Shown in pieces: positions 43,783 to 53,884 of a stretch of 64,000 nucleotides of DNA. The position numbers and the translations under genes were made by a program. The notes under the pieces are model-generated. The model was not told the DNA's origin. It was given only the letters and a program-made list of their open reading frames with translations, and did no database searches. The stretch is from Candidatus Poriferisocius sp. (GTDB lineage: Bacteria > Actinomycetota > Acidimicrobiia > Acidimicrobiales > Bin134): positions 1,411,323-1,475,322 of the forward strand of contig NZ_CBDBOM010000003.1 in assembly GCF_965208355.1 (NCBI RefSeq). The letters run 5' to 3'. The number at the start of each line of letters is the position of its first letter. Positions within the stretch are counted from its first letter, which is position 1.

Positions 43783-46686
43783 CTACTGAAAGTCCTCGAT
43801 GGGCGGGCAGGCGCAGAAGACGTTCTTGTCACCGTGGGCCCCGTCGATGCGTCCGACAGGGCACCAGTACTTGCGCTCACGGATCTCCGGAAGGGCGAAG
43901 GCAGCTTGTTCCCGGGAGTAAGGCCGGTCCCAATGGTCGTCGGCGATCACCGCTGCGGTGTGGGGGGCCCGGCGAAGCGGACTGTCTTCCATGTCGATCA
44001 TCCCGTCGGCCACGTGGTCGATCTCGGCTCTGATGGCAGTCATGGCCGCCACGAAGCGGTCGAGCTCGACCTTTGACTCCGACTCGGTGGGCTCGACCAT
44101 CAGCGTGCCTGCCACTGGGAACGACACCGTGGGGGCGTGGAAGCCGAAGTCGATGAGCCGTTTGGCCACATCCTCCACGGTGACGCCGGTCTGGGCGTGG
44201 AGGGGGCGCAGGTCGATGATGCACTCGTGAGCCACCAGGCCGTTCTCGCCGGTGTAGAGCACCGGAAACAGGTCGTCGAGGCGCTTGGCCAGGTAGTTGG
44301 CGCTGAGCAGGGCCACTCCGGTGGCATCGGTTAGTCCCTCGCCTCCCATGGCGATGATATAGGCCCAGGAGATGGGCAGAATCCCCGCTGATCCCCAGGG
44401 GGCGGCGGACACCGCCCCCACTCCAGTGGACGGGCCGGCTTCGGCTACCACCGGGTGGTTGGGTAGGAAGGGGGCCAAATGTGGGCCAACCGCCACCGGC
44501 CCGACGCCGGGTCCGCCGCCGCCGTGGGGGATGCAGAAGGTCTTGTGGAGGTTCAGATGGGATACGTCGGCGCCGAACTGGCCGGGCTGGGCCACCCCCA
44601 CCAGGGCGTTGAGGTTGGCCCCGTCGAGGTACACCTGCCCGCCGTGGTCGTGAATCAAGTCGCACACCTCGGTCACGGTGGACTCGTACACCCCGTGGGT
44701 GGACGGGTAGGTGATCATCAGTGCGCTGAGGCGGTCGTCGTGCTCCTCGACATTGGCCTTGAGGTCTTCCAAGTCCACGTTGCCGTCGTCGTCGCACTTG
44801 ACCACCACGACCTTCATACCGGCCATGACTGCGCTGGCCGCATTGGTGCCGTGGGCAGAAGCAGGAATCAAGCAGATATCACGCTGAGTCTCGCCCCGGG
44901 CCGCGTGATAGCCCCGGATGGCCAGTAGCCCAGCGAGTTCGCCCTGGGAGCCGGCGTTGGGCTGGAGCGAGACCGCTGCGTAACCGGTGATGGTTACCAG
45001 CATCTGCTCCAGTTCGTGGATCATCGCCCGGTAGCCCTCGGTCTGATCCGACGGGGCGAATGGGTGCATGGCGGCGAATTCGGGCCAGCTCACCGGCTCC
45101 ATCTGGGTGGTGGCGTTGAGTTTCATGGTGCAAGATCCCAACGGGATCATGGTGCGGTCGAGGGCCAGGTCTTTGGAAGCGAGGTGGCGCAGATAGCGCA
45201 GCATCTCGGTCTCGCTGTGGTAGCGGTGGAATGTGGGGTGGGCCAGGTACTCGCTGTTCCGAACGTATTCGGGTGGAAGCGCGTCGGGGGTATCGGCGTC
45301 CAAATCGTCAATGCTCTGAGCGTCGTCGTCGATTCCAAACGCCCGCCACAGGGCGATGACCGTGTTCCTGGTGGTGGTTTCGTCCAGCGAGAACGCCACG
45401 GTGTCGTCGTCCACCGGCCGCAGATTCAGCCCTTCCGCCAGTGCGGCGGCCATGAACTCCGATGCCCGGCCCGGCACTCGGATGGTGACAGTGTCGAAGA
45501 AGTGGTCATTGGCCAACTCGAAACCGGCTTGGCGCAGCCCCGCGGCGGCGATGGCGGTCAGTCGGTGGACCCGTCGGGCGATGCGATCTAGTCCTTCGGG
45601 GCCGTGGTACACGGCGTACATGGCGGCCATCACAGCCAAGAGCACCTGAGCGGTGCAGATGTTGCTGGTGGCCCGCTCTCGGCGGATGTGCTGTTCCCGG
45701 GTTTGCAGGGTGAGCCGGTAAGCCACAGTCCCGGCATCGTCGATCGATACCCCCGCTAACCGGCCGGGCAACGACCGCATAGCCGATTCCTGTACCGCGA
45801 TGAACCCGGCGTGGGGTCCGCCGAATCCCAGCGGAACCCCGAACCGCTGTGATGAGCCCACCACCGCGTCGGCTCCCAGCTCTCCTGGGGGAGTCAGCAG
45901 GCACAGCGCCAGCAAGTCGGTGGCCACCGCCACCAGGGCGTTGACGTTGTGGGCGGCGGCGATGATTCCGCTCAGGTCGCCGATGCGTCCCGAACTTCCG
46001 GGATACGACACCAGGACTCCGAACGCCCCGTCGGCGAGCTCCTCGATATTGGCCTGGTCCAAGTCGGCGATGACGACCTCGATGCCCAGAGGCTCCGCGC
46101 GAGTGGCCACAACGTCGATGGTCTGAGGGTGGGTGTCGGCATCAACGATGAACCGGTCGTCGGGCGCCTTGCGATTGAGCCGGCGCAGGAGCGTCATGGC
46201 CTCGGCCGCCGCGGTGCCCTCATCCAGCAGCGAGGCGTTGGCCATCCCCATGGCGCTCAGGTCGCTGACCAGGGTCTGGAAGTTGACCAGCGCCTCCAGC
46301 CGGCCTTGGGATATCTCCGGCTGGTAAGGGGTGTAGGCGGTGTACCAGGCCGGATTCTCCAGCACATTGCGGCGAATCACCGGCGGGGTGATGGTGTCGT
46401 AGTAGCCCATGCCGATCAGAGAAGTGACCACCTCGTTGCGGTCGGCCAGTGCCCGCAGGGCCTCGGTGGTAGCTGCCTCCGTCAGGCCTGGCGGTAGCTC
46501 CAATGGGGAATCGGAGCGGATGTTGGGCGGTACGGCTGCGTCCACCAGATCAGCGAGGCTGTCGTAGCCCAACTCTTCCAGCATCGCCGCTTGGTCGTCG
46601 GCGCTGGGGCCGATGTGGCGGGCTTGGAACTCATCAGGGTTCTCCAGCGCAGCCAGGATGTATGGAGTGTCTGGCGGGGATGACAT
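43783..46686 (-). CDS. gcvP: glycine dehydrogenase (decarboxylating), P protein
   Basis: 967 aa. FQARHIGP..., [16 protein letters not shown], and the PLP-lysine region [18 protein letters not shown]. Confidence 0.95.
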   Translation of the reverse strand: MSSPPDTPYILAALENPDEFQARHIGPSADDQAAMLEELGYDSLADLVDAAVPPNIRSDSPLELPPGLTEAATTEALRALADRNEVVTSLIGMGYYDTITPPVIRRNVLENPAWYTAYTPYQPEISQGRLEALVNFQTLVSDLSAMGMANASLLDEGTAAAEAMTLLRRLNRKAPDDRFIVDADTHPQTIDVVATRAEPLGIEVVIADLDQANIEELADGAFGVLVSYPGSSGRIGDLSGIIAAAHNVNALVAVATDLLALCLLTPPGELGADAVVGSSQRFGVPLGFGGPHAGFIAVQESAMRSLPGRLAGVSIDDAGTVAYRLTLQTREQHIRRERATSNICTAQVLLAVMAAMYAVYHGPEGLDRIARRVHRLTAIAAAGLRQAGFELANDHFFDTVTIRVPGRASEFMAAALAEGLNLRPVDDDTVAFSLDETTTRNTVIALWRAFGIDDDAQSIDDLDADTPDALPPEYVRNSEYLAHPTFHRYHSETEMLRYLRHLASKDLALDRTMIPLGSCTMKLNATTQMEPVSWPEFAAMHPFAPSDQTEGYRAMIHELEQMLVTITGYAAVSLQPNAGSQGELAGLLAIRGYHAARGETQRDICLIPASAHGTNAASAVMAGMKVVVVKCDDDGNVDLEDLKANVEEHDDRLSALMITYPSTHGVYESTVTEVCDLIHDHGGQVYLDGANLNALVGVAQPGQFGADVSHLNLHKTFCIPHGGGGPGVGPVAVGPHLAPFLPNHPVVAEAGPSTGVGAVSAAPWGSAGILPISWAYIIAMGGEGLTDATGVALLSANYLAKRLDDLFPVLYTGENGLVAHECIIDLRPLHAQTGVTVEDVAKRLIDFGFHAPTVSFPVAGTLMVEPTESESKVELDRFVAAMTAIRAEIDHVADGMIDMEDSPLRRAPHTAAVIADDHWDRPYSREQAAFALPEIRERKYWCPVGRIDGAHGDKNVFCACPPIEDFQ

Positions 46687-46701
46687 GGCAGGTTCTAGGA
46701 A

Positions 46702-47799
46702 CTAGGGAGCTAACGCGGCTCCATCGGTCAGTCCGTAGCGGTTGAACGGCCCGAAAAAGCCATGTTCATACAGGCCGTAGCCCACGTTGCCGTCGTAGGT
46801 GTAGCGAGCCACGTGGTCCACCACGCCGTACTGTCCGATCGGCTTGACTTCCTTCTCCACGCTCAACACCTTGCCCTGCACTACCAGTTCGGGCCCCTGG
46901 TACATGCCGTGGCGCCAATCGGCGTCCATGCCGTATCCGGTGCCCATCGAGACAAAGTTTACCAGCAGGGGCTGGCAGTCGATTTCAATGCCAGTCTCGG
47001 GAAAGGAGATCGTGGAATGGGTAAGCACCCGGGTGCCCGATTCGAACGTGTGTTCGTGCTCGGGGCGGCCCAAGTCCTCGTCAGGGCGGCCGTCGGCCCA
47101 GACCCTCTTGCCTTCCACCAATCGCCGACTTCCGTCGTCCTCCTCGTTGTTCATGTAGAGCACGGCGTGGTCGTCGAACATCATCGGAAAGTAGTTCCAC
47201 ATGCCAGCCATGACGTTGACGCCCTGGCGGATGCCGTCGGTCTCAGGCTCGCCCACCGGGCGGATACCCCACGAACGGTCGCGGGCGCCGCCCCAACGGT
47301 CAGGGGTGACCGCGAAGTCCTGGCCGCCCACTGAAAGGGTGCCCTCCCACCGGCCAAGCTGGGCGAAGCGCTGGGTGTTGAACACCACCCGCCCTTCGCT
47401 GCGGATGAACTGGTTGGGTTCCTCGATAGCTCGAATCGACGCATCCCAAGTCACGTCCATGGCGATGGTGTGCTCGTTGGGCTCCACGATGAAGCGCACC
47501 TTTTGGAGGGGTTCGATGACCTCGATCCTCATAGGGCCAACCGACATGTCCATGCGGTCGGTGAGGGGCCGGGAGCCTCGAATCACATGATGCTCGTCGC
47601 CCCGACGCACGCAGCAGAAGGCGTCGTGAACGCCCAGATTGGGATATTGGCCCATGCCGAAGATGGCAAATAGCTCGTCGCTGGAGCCGTGCATGCAGAA
47701 GTAGTTGCGGTCGTAGAAGTTGCGGTCGGAGGTGGCGACATTCCGGATCCAATCAGGGGACTGGTGAACCGGGAACTCGTCCCAAGAGGAGATGGCCAT
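46702..47799 (-). CDS. conserved hypothetical protein (365 aa), 15 nt upstream of gcvP
   Basis: Internal ATG 47799: MAISSWDEFPVHQSPDWIRNVATSDRNFYDRNYF... Normal composition, but I cannot name a motif. The 453-aa ORF-track form overlaps the divergent SDR gene. Confidence 0.5.
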   Translation of the reverse strand: MAISSWDEFPVHQSPDWIRNVATSDRNFYDRNYFCMHGSSDELFAIFGMGQYPNLGVHDAFCCVRRGDEHHVIRGSRPLTDRMDMSVGPMRIEVIEPLQKVRFIVEPNEHTIAMDVTWDASIRAIEEPNQFIRSEGRVVFNTQRFAQLGRWEGTLSVGGQDFAVTPDRWGGARDRSWGIRPVGEPETDGIRQGVNVMAGMWNYFPMMFDDHAVLYMNNEEDDGSRRLVEGKRVWADGRPDEDLGRPEHEHTFESGTRVLTHSTISFPETGIEIDCQPLLVNFVSMGTGYGMDADWRHGMYQGPELVVQGKVLSVEKEVKPIGQYGVVDHVARYTYDGNVGYGLYEHGFFGPFNRYGLTDGAALAP

Positions 47800-47875
47800 T
47801 GCTGTCCTTTCGGTAGCCGTTGCGCGGTGGCCTACCTTATGTCGTCGTAGTAGCGGCGATAGAAAGCAGAAGTCC

Positions 47876-48637
47876 ATGAGCAATGCGATGGAAGGCAGGG
47901 TGGCACTGGTGACCGGTGGTGCCAGCGGGATCGGCCAAGAGGCCGCGGTGCTGTTTGCCCGGAGAGGGGCCAGGGTCGCGGTGGCCGACCGCAATGCGGA
48001 AGGCGGGGCCGAGACGGTAGCCCGGATCGAGGCTGAGGGAGGCCAAGGGGAGTTCTTTGCCACGGACGTAACCGATGAAGACCAAGTGGCTGCCTTGGTG
48101 GCATCAACGGTGTCAGCATTCGGCCAACTCGACTACGCCTTCAACAACGCGGGCATCACCCATCCTTCCCGGCTGTTCCACGAGCTAACGCTGGAGCAGT
48201 GGAATGAGATGATTGCCGTGAATCTGACCTCGGTGTTTCTGTGCATGAAACACGAGATCATCCAGATGCTGGCCCAAGGCGGCGGAGCGATCGTCAACAC
48301 TGCGTCGGGAGCGGCAATCATTCCTGCGCCCGGACAGCCCCACTACACCGCGGCCAAACGGGGGGTGTTGGGTCTGACGACATATGCCGCCGATGAGCTC
48401 AACAATAAGGGCATTCGAGTCAATGCCATTTGCCCGGGCATGATCGATACCCCGATGGTGGCTTCGTGGCGGGAGTCGAGCCCTGAGATGGCCGAGGCCG
48501 TTATCCAGATGATGCCCGGTGGGCGTTTGGGGTTGCCGGAAGAAGTGGCTGAAGCCGCGGTGTGGCTGTGCAGCGACGAGGCTCGTTGGGTATCCGGCGA
48601 CACCATGCTGGTTGATGGCGGGATGCTTAACCGCTAG
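47876..48637 (+). CDS. SDR-family oxidoreductase
   Basis: Internal ATG 47876. RVALVTGGASGIGQEAA, NNAG, YTAAKRGV. Confidence 0.85.
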   Translation: MSNAMEGRVALVTGGASGIGQEAAVLFARRGARVAVADRNAEGGAETVARIEAEGGQGEFFATDVTDEDQVAALVASTVSAFGQLDYAFNNAGITHPSRLFHELTLEQWNEMIAVNLTSVFLCMKHEIIQMLAQGGGAIVNTASGAAIIPAPGQPHYTAAKRGVLGLTTYAADELNNKGIRVNAICPGMIDTPMVASWRESSPEMAEAVIQMMPGGRLGLPEEVAEAAVWLCSDEARWVSGDTMLVDGGMLNR

Positions 48638-48660
48638 TGACAGAGACATAAGCTGCGGCC

Positions 48661-49113
48661 ATGACTAGGACCTCGGTGGCCGCGGTGGAGGGGTTTTTTA
48701 CCCTTGATGCTGATGAGCCGCGGTTGATCGGTGGGAGAGCTCGTAGCCGGGGCTCCTACTTCTTTCCCAAGTCTCTGGCGGGCTCTGACCCTGCTTGTTT
48801 GGGAGACGAGATCGACGAAGTGCTGCTAAGCCGCACTGGCGAGCTTTGGTCCTTCACCACCGGTGAGTACGCTCCGCCCGCGCCCTACGTGATCCCCGGC
48901 GACGAGTTCGAACCCTACGTAGTAGCCGCGGTGCGGCTCGCTGAGGAGAACTTGGTGGTGCTGGGACAAGTGGTTTTCGGTGTCTCGGTAGACGATCTGT
49001 CGGTGGGCATGGAGATGGAATTGGCACTGGATGTGCTCTATTCCGACGATGAGCACGACTACTTGGTTTGGAAGTGGGCTCCAGTGGGGATGAGCAAGAA
49101 CGGAGAAGAGTGA
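48661..49113 (+). CDS. DUF35 OB-fold protein (degenerate Zn ribbon)
   Basis: ~150 aa with an OB-fold tail (YVVAAVRLAEENLVVLGQV). The stop overlaps the start of the thiolase-like gene (ATGA-type overlap at 49111..49115), the usual DUF35/thiolase pairing. Confidence 0.65.
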   Translation: MTRTSVAAVEGFFTLDADEPRLIGGRARSRGSYFFPKSLAGSDPACLGDEIDEVLLSRTGELWSFTTGEYAPPAPYVIPGDEFEPYVVAAVRLAEENLVVLGQVVFGVSVDDLSVGMEMELALDVLYSDDEHDYLVWKWAPVGMSKNGEE

Positions 49114-50300
49114 TGGACGAAATCGCCATTCTTGGGGTGGGGATGCACCCGTGGGGCAAGTGGGGCCGCAATTTCGTGGAGTACGGGGAGAAGGCCGCCC
49201 GCGACGCCCTTGCCGACGCCGAGGTGGGCTGGGACGAGGTCCAATTCGTGTCCGGGGCCAACAGCGTTCGTTGCGGCTATCCCGGCTATGTGTCGGCTTC
49301 GACCTTTGCCAACGCTCTGGGATTCACCGGTTGCCAGTTGGCCAGTTCGTACGCGGCCTGCGCCTCGGGGGCCACCGCGCTGAGCATCGCCCGGGCCCAG
49401 ATCCTGTCGGGAGTGTGCGACGTGGCCTTGGTGGTGGGGGCTGAGTCCACGCCTAAGGGTTTCTTCGCTCCCAACGCCGGGGAGCGCCACGAAGACCCCG
49501 ATTGGCTCCGCTTTCACCTGGTTGGGGCCACCAATCCAACGTACTTCGCCCTGTATGCCCGGCGGCGCATGGAATTGTACGGCGATACCTCCGAGGACTT
49601 CGCCGCTGTCAAGGTCAAGAACTCCCGCCACGGGGTGTTCAACCCCAACGCCCGCTACACCAAGGAGTACGACGTAGACGACATTGCCAACTCCCCGATG
49701 GTGGCCGACCCGCTGCGCCTGTTGGAGATCTGCGCTACCTCTGATGGAGGCGCTGCGCTGGTGGTGTCCAGCCTGGAGTGGGCGGCCAGCCGGGGCGTGG
49801 ACGACCCGGTTCGAGTCTCGGGCATCTCCACGGTCAGCCCCACCTACCCCAACAGTGTGATCGAGCTGCCCTATCTGGCGTCGGACTCGTGGGCCGCAGT
49901 GGGCGACGAGACCATGACCTTCAAGGACAACATCGCGTCCCGGGCCTACGAGGAGGCATCGGTATCCCCCGATGACCTCGATTTCGCCGAGGTCTATGAC
50001 CTGTCCTCGGCCTACGAACTCGATTGGTACGAGCACATAGGGCTGTGCGAGCGGGGCGACGCCGCCAAGCTCCTGCGGTCCGGCGACACCTCGCTGGGCG
50101 GCCGCATCCCGGTGAATCCCTCGGGCGGGCTGGGGGCCTTCGGTGAGGCGGTTCCCGCCCAGGCCATCGCCCAGGTGTGCGAGATGGTGTGGCAGCTTCG
50201 AGGCGAGGCCGGCCACCGCCAGGTGGATGGGGCCAAAGTGGGCCTGTCCATCAACCACGGCATGTTCGGCCATGGCTCTTCGGTGATCTGTACTCGCTGA
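49113..50300 (+). CDS. thiolase-like protein (SCP-x / lipid-transfer-protein type)
   Basis: MDEIAILGVGMHPWGKW..., active-site YAACASGATAL, C-terminal NPSGGL...GHG. Confidence 0.8.
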   Translation: MDEIAILGVGMHPWGKWGRNFVEYGEKAARDALADAEVGWDEVQFVSGANSVRCGYPGYVSASTFANALGFTGCQLASSYAACASGATALSIARAQILSGVCDVALVVGAESTPKGFFAPNAGERHEDPDWLRFHLVGATNPTYFALYARRRMELYGDTSEDFAAVKVKNSRHGVFNPNARYTKEYDVDDIANSPMVADPLRLLEICATSDGGAALVVSSLEWAASRGVDDPVRVSGISTVSPTYPNSVIELPYLASDSWAAVGDETMTFKDNIASRAYEEASVSPDDLDFAEVYDLSSAYELDWYEHIGLCERGDAAKLLRSGDTSLGGRIPVNPSGGLGAFGEAVPAQAIAQVCEMVWQLRGEAGHRQVDGAKVGLSINHGMFGHGSSVICTR

Positions 50301-50345
50301 GCCAGAATCTCTGTTCTGGGGGCGCATCGGCGTTCAATCGCTAAA

Positions 50346-51572
50346 GTGCCCGCCATGGCGCCCCCTGACCTGCTCAGCTCCGACGAAGACCGCTATGAGG
50401 TGTACCGGGTTTACCGGGACGATTACCCGTGCTTTCACGACGAGGCGTCCGACACGTGGTTCGTAAGCCGCTACGCCGACGTGGAGCATGTGTTCAAGAA
50501 CCCGGAATTCAGCACCGACATGTACGAGTGGATGATCGAGCCGGCCCACGGGCCGACGCTGCTGTCCAAGCACGGTGCCGAGCACTCCCGCTACCGCAAC
50601 CTGGTAGCCCCTTTCTTCCGAGGGGCATTGCTGGAAGCTGACTTCATGCCCATGATCGAGGCTCAGGCCAAATCCATGATCGACCAATGGCTCGAAGTTG
50701 GGGGGTGCGATCTGGTGGAGGGGCTGTCGCGCTACCTGCCCATTAAGGTGATCGTGGCCATGCTGGGGCTGCCCGATGAGGACCACCCCAAGTTCCAGGA
50801 CTGGTACGAGTCGATTAACCGGTTCGTGTCGAACATCAACCAGGATCCGGACATCATCGCCGAGGGGGAGAGGACCCGAGTAGAGTTCCAGGACTACCTG
50901 ATGCCGGTTATAGCCGAGCGCCGCCGCAATCCCGGCGACGACCTGCTGTCCAACTTGGTCACCGCCGAGATCGACGGGAGTGGACTGTCTGACATCGAGG
51001 TCAAGTCGTTCACCAGCCTGCTTTTGACCGCTGGGGGAGAGACCACCGACAAGGCCATCGCCAGTCTGTTCAAGAACTTGCTTGAGCACCCCGACCAGCT
51101 TGAGCAAGTGCGCAATGACCGCTCTATGGTCACCATGGCGGTGGCCGAGACCCTGCGCTATAGCCCGCCGGCCCACTGGATCCAGCGTCTGCCCCACGAG
51201 CAGGCCGAGCTGCCATCGGGCACCGGCACCATTCCTGCTGGGGCCACCGTGACCGGCATTATCGGGGCGGCTAACCGGGACGAGCGCAAGTACACCCACA
51301 CCGACCCCGAGCTGTTCGACATCAACCGCAGGGATCTACCGGCGACCAGCGCTTTTGCCGCCAATGCCGAGCACACCACCTTCTGTTTCGGCCGCCACCA
51401 CTGTGTGGGCTCCTATTTGGCCAAAGCCGAGATCGAGACAGCGCTGAACATGGTGCTCGATAGCACCGAGAACCTCCGGTTCGCCGATGGATTCGAGGCC
51501 AAGGAGGTCGGCGTATTTCTCCGGGCCCCCGCTGAGCTCCAAGTGGAGTTCGATCCGGTAGGGAGCAGTTAG
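50346..51572 (+). CDS. cytochrome P450
   Basis: I-helix LLLTAGGETT, ExxR (AETLRY), heme loop FCFGRHHCVGSYLA. Start is GTG 50346 or ATG 50355. Confidence 0.9.
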   Translation: MPAMAPPDLLSSDEDRYEVYRVYRDDYPCFHDEASDTWFVSRYADVEHVFKNPEFSTDMYEWMIEPAHGPTLLSKHGAEHSRYRNLVAPFFRGALLEADFMPMIEAQAKSMIDQWLEVGGCDLVEGLSRYLPIKVIVAMLGLPDEDHPKFQDWYESINRFVSNINQDPDIIAEGERTRVEFQDYLMPVIAERRRNPGDDLLSNLVTAEIDGSGLSDIEVKSFTSLLLTAGGETTDKAIASLFKNLLEHPDQLEQVRNDRSMVTMAVAETLRYSPPAHWIQRLPHEQAELPSGTGTIPAGATVTGIIGAANRDERKYTHTDPELFDINRRDLPATSAFAANAEHTTFCFGRHHCVGSYLAKAEIETALNMVLDSTENLRFADGFEAKEVGVFLRAPAELQVEFDPVGSS

Positions 51573-51665
51573 CTTCAGGGGCGATTGGTTCTGGATACAC
51601 GGATTTCCTACTATTTGGGCTTCAAGCGTTGGATCGATAGTGAATCGTCCGGAGAGGGGACAACT

Positions 51666-52742
51666 ATGAAACGCTCCTTGTGGAAGCTGCTGGCAGCCCT
51701 GCTGGTGTTGACGTTGGTTGCCGCTGCGTGCGGCAACGATGACGACAGCGAAGTAGCTGCAGGTTCCGACATCACCATCGGCTACCTCCAGTGGATCTAC
51801 GCTGACGAGGCTGGCAAGAGGATCGAAGATGCGGCCAAGGAGGCCGTTGAGTTCTTCGGATGGAGCTACGAGACCTGCGATGCGGCGGGCGACCCAGCCC
51901 AGATGCCGGTCTGCGGGAACCAGCTGTTGGACAAGGACATCGACGTGATGCTCACCGACGGCATTCCCGAGGCATTCATCACCGATGTTCTCGAGCGGGC
52001 CGAGGCCGAGGGGGTACCCGTGCTCTCCGCCGGTGGCGAGGTTGAGCCCCGCGACTTCTATATCGCCAGCTTTGCCTCCGACGACACCGACCTCGGTGTG
52101 CAATTGGCCAATTACCTAGTGGATCAGTTCCCCGGTGGTGCCCGCATCATTGTTCAGTCGGTTCCCACGGCGTGGAGCGACAAGCGCATTGAGGGCCTGA
52201 ATTCGGTCATTCAGGGCAACAACATCGAGATCGTCGACCAGTGGGAGGGCGACTTCGCCGACCTGGTGGCCGGAACCGAAGCAGATGTGACCACGAAGCT
52301 CCAGCAGTTCGACGACATCGACGCAGTGTGGATCAACTTCTCGGTGGCATCCATCGGCGCTGCCCAAGCCATCGGTGCTCTCTATGAGGCCGACGACCCG
52401 AATCGCCCGCAACTTCTGACCTTCTACGCCAATCCCACTACCGTGAATGACATCCGAACCGGACGGGTGGATGCCGCAGTGGACGAGAAGCTGGAGTGGC
52501 AGAGCTGGGCCCAGGTTGACGCGGTTGCCGCGTGGCTAGAGAACGGCACGGAGCCGAGCCAGGAGCGGGCCCCGACGTACGACGGCAGGAACTTCTCAGT
52601 CCGCCAGGTGGTCACCATCGACACGGTGAATGCCATGCCGGCTGACAGCACCGAGGTTCCCGCCCCGAATCCGCCAGGAGATTACGAAGAGTACTTCCGC
52701 AACAAGTGGTGCGACGAGTACGACGGTCTGCCCAACTGCTGA
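51666..52742 (+). CDS. sugar-type ABC transporter substrate-binding lipoprotein (type-I PBP)
   Basis: Internal ATG 51666 follows GGAGAGGGG. Lipobox LVAAAC. It lies upstream of RbsC/RbsA-like genes. Confidence 0.7.
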   Translation: MKRSLWKLLAALLVLTLVAAACGNDDDSEVAAGSDITIGYLQWIYADEAGKRIEDAAKEAVEFFGWSYETCDAAGDPAQMPVCGNQLLDKDIDVMLTDGIPEAFITDVLERAEAEGVPVLSAGGEVEPRDFYIASFASDDTDLGVQLANYLVDQFPGGARIIVQSVPTAWSDKRIEGLNSVIQGNNIEIVDQWEGDFADLVAGTEADVTTKLQQFDDIDAVWINFSVASIGAAQAIGALYEADDPNRPQLLTFYANPTTVNDIRTGRVDAAVDEKLEWQSWAQVDAVAAWLENGTEPSQERAPTYDGRNFSVRQVVTIDTVNAMPADSTEVPAPNPPGDYEEYFRNKWCDEYDGLPNC

Positions 52743-52780
52743 GGCAGTGAACGCGCACCCTCGGGTGCAGGTCTGAACAT

Positions 52781-52820
52781 GATTGAGCCGGTGGCGGGAG
52801 CATCCGTCACCGGCTCAATC
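52781..52820 (+). terminator. strong intercistronic hairpin between binding-protein and permease genes
   Basis: GATTGAGCCGGTG (52781..52793) is the perfect reverse complement of CACCGGCTCAATC (52808..52820). The stem extends inward with G-U and G-C pairs to an AGCA tetraloop (~18 bp). No clear U-tract follows. Confidence 0.45.
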
Positions 52821-52858
52821 GCGTCTAGCGGCTAATTTCTAACGAGGGGAGGTAACGA

Positions 52859-53884
52859 ATGGCTGATACAAACACTGTCCCTGTGCCGCCAGAGTCGGCC
52901 AAGACAGGATCAGGAGGCTCGAGATCGAGATATGACGTTCTTTCGTTCATCTCGACCTACGGGGTCTTTATCACTCTGTTGGCCTGCATCGTGATCTTCT
53001 CGGTGCTTGACAGCGACTTCATAGAGGTCGATAACCTGCGAACCCAGCTCGGGTTGGCAGCACCGCTCCTGATGCTCTCGCTGGGCCTGACGGTGGTGCT
53101 GGCTATGGGCGATTTCGACTTGTCCATCGCCGGTTCACTCTCGGCCAGCGCCGCCGCCATCGTCGTGTTGATCGTGAACCACGACTGGCCTTGGGGCTTG
53201 GCGGTGCTGGTAGGAATCGCCTTCGGCCTGGGCATCGGAGCCATCAATGGCCTGCTGGTTTCGTATGTGGAGATGCCTTCGTTCATCACCACGCTGGCCA
53301 CCTTTTTGATCTTGCTGGGTGTTGAATACACGATCAGCGACGGCCGAAACATCACTGGTGCGGCCGACATGCCCGATCTCTACCGAGATCTCGGCATCGG
53401 CAAGCCGGAACCGTGGACCGAATTCACGTCGCCGGTCTGGATTGCCGCCGGCCTCGCCATCATCCTGTGGTTGCTGATGGCCAAAACCGAGTTGGGGCGG
53501 TACATGTACGCCATCGGCGGCAACCCCGAAGCGGCCCGGCTTTCTGGCATCAACGTTAAGGCGCTGCGGGCGCTGGGGTTTGTGATCGTCGGCTTCGTAG
53601 CCGTCATCGCCGCCGTGTCGCAGACGGCTAGGACGGCATCATCGATACCCCGGGTGGGCATCTCGTTGCTGCTGTCGGCCTATGCGGCCGCATTCCTAGG
53701 AGCGGCGGCATCTCGCAAGGGACTGTTCAACGTGCCCGGCACCGTACTTGGCGTTATCTTCTTGCAGGCGGTGCAATCGGGTCTCACCATTTTGGGCTAC
53801 GACCGTGACATCTTGGATATCTCGCGGGGCTCCATCTTGGTGTTGGCAATGCTGCTCACTGCGCTAGGAGCGAAGCGGCGATGA
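52859..53884 (+). CDS. sugar ABC transporter permease (RbsC/AraH family)
   Basis: ATG follows GAGGGGAGG. ~10 hydrophobic segments, with ...GGNPEAARLSGINV... typical of the RbsC family. The stop overlaps the next start (ATGA). Confidence 0.8.
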   Translation: MADTNTVPVPPESAKTGSGGSRSRYDVLSFISTYGVFITLLACIVIFSVLDSDFIEVDNLRTQLGLAAPLLMLSLGLTVVLAMGDFDLSIAGSLSASAAAIVVLIVNHDWPWGLAVLVGIAFGLGIGAINGLLVSYVEMPSFITTLATFLILLGVEYTISDGRNITGAADMPDLYRDLGIGKPEPWTEFTSPVWIAAGLAIILWLLMAKTELGRYMYAIGGNPEAARLSGINVKALRALGFVIVGFVAVIAAVSQTARTASSIPRVGISLLLSAYAAAFLGAAASRKGLFNVPGTVLGVIFLQAVQSGLTILGYDRDILDISRGSILVLAMLLTALGAKRR

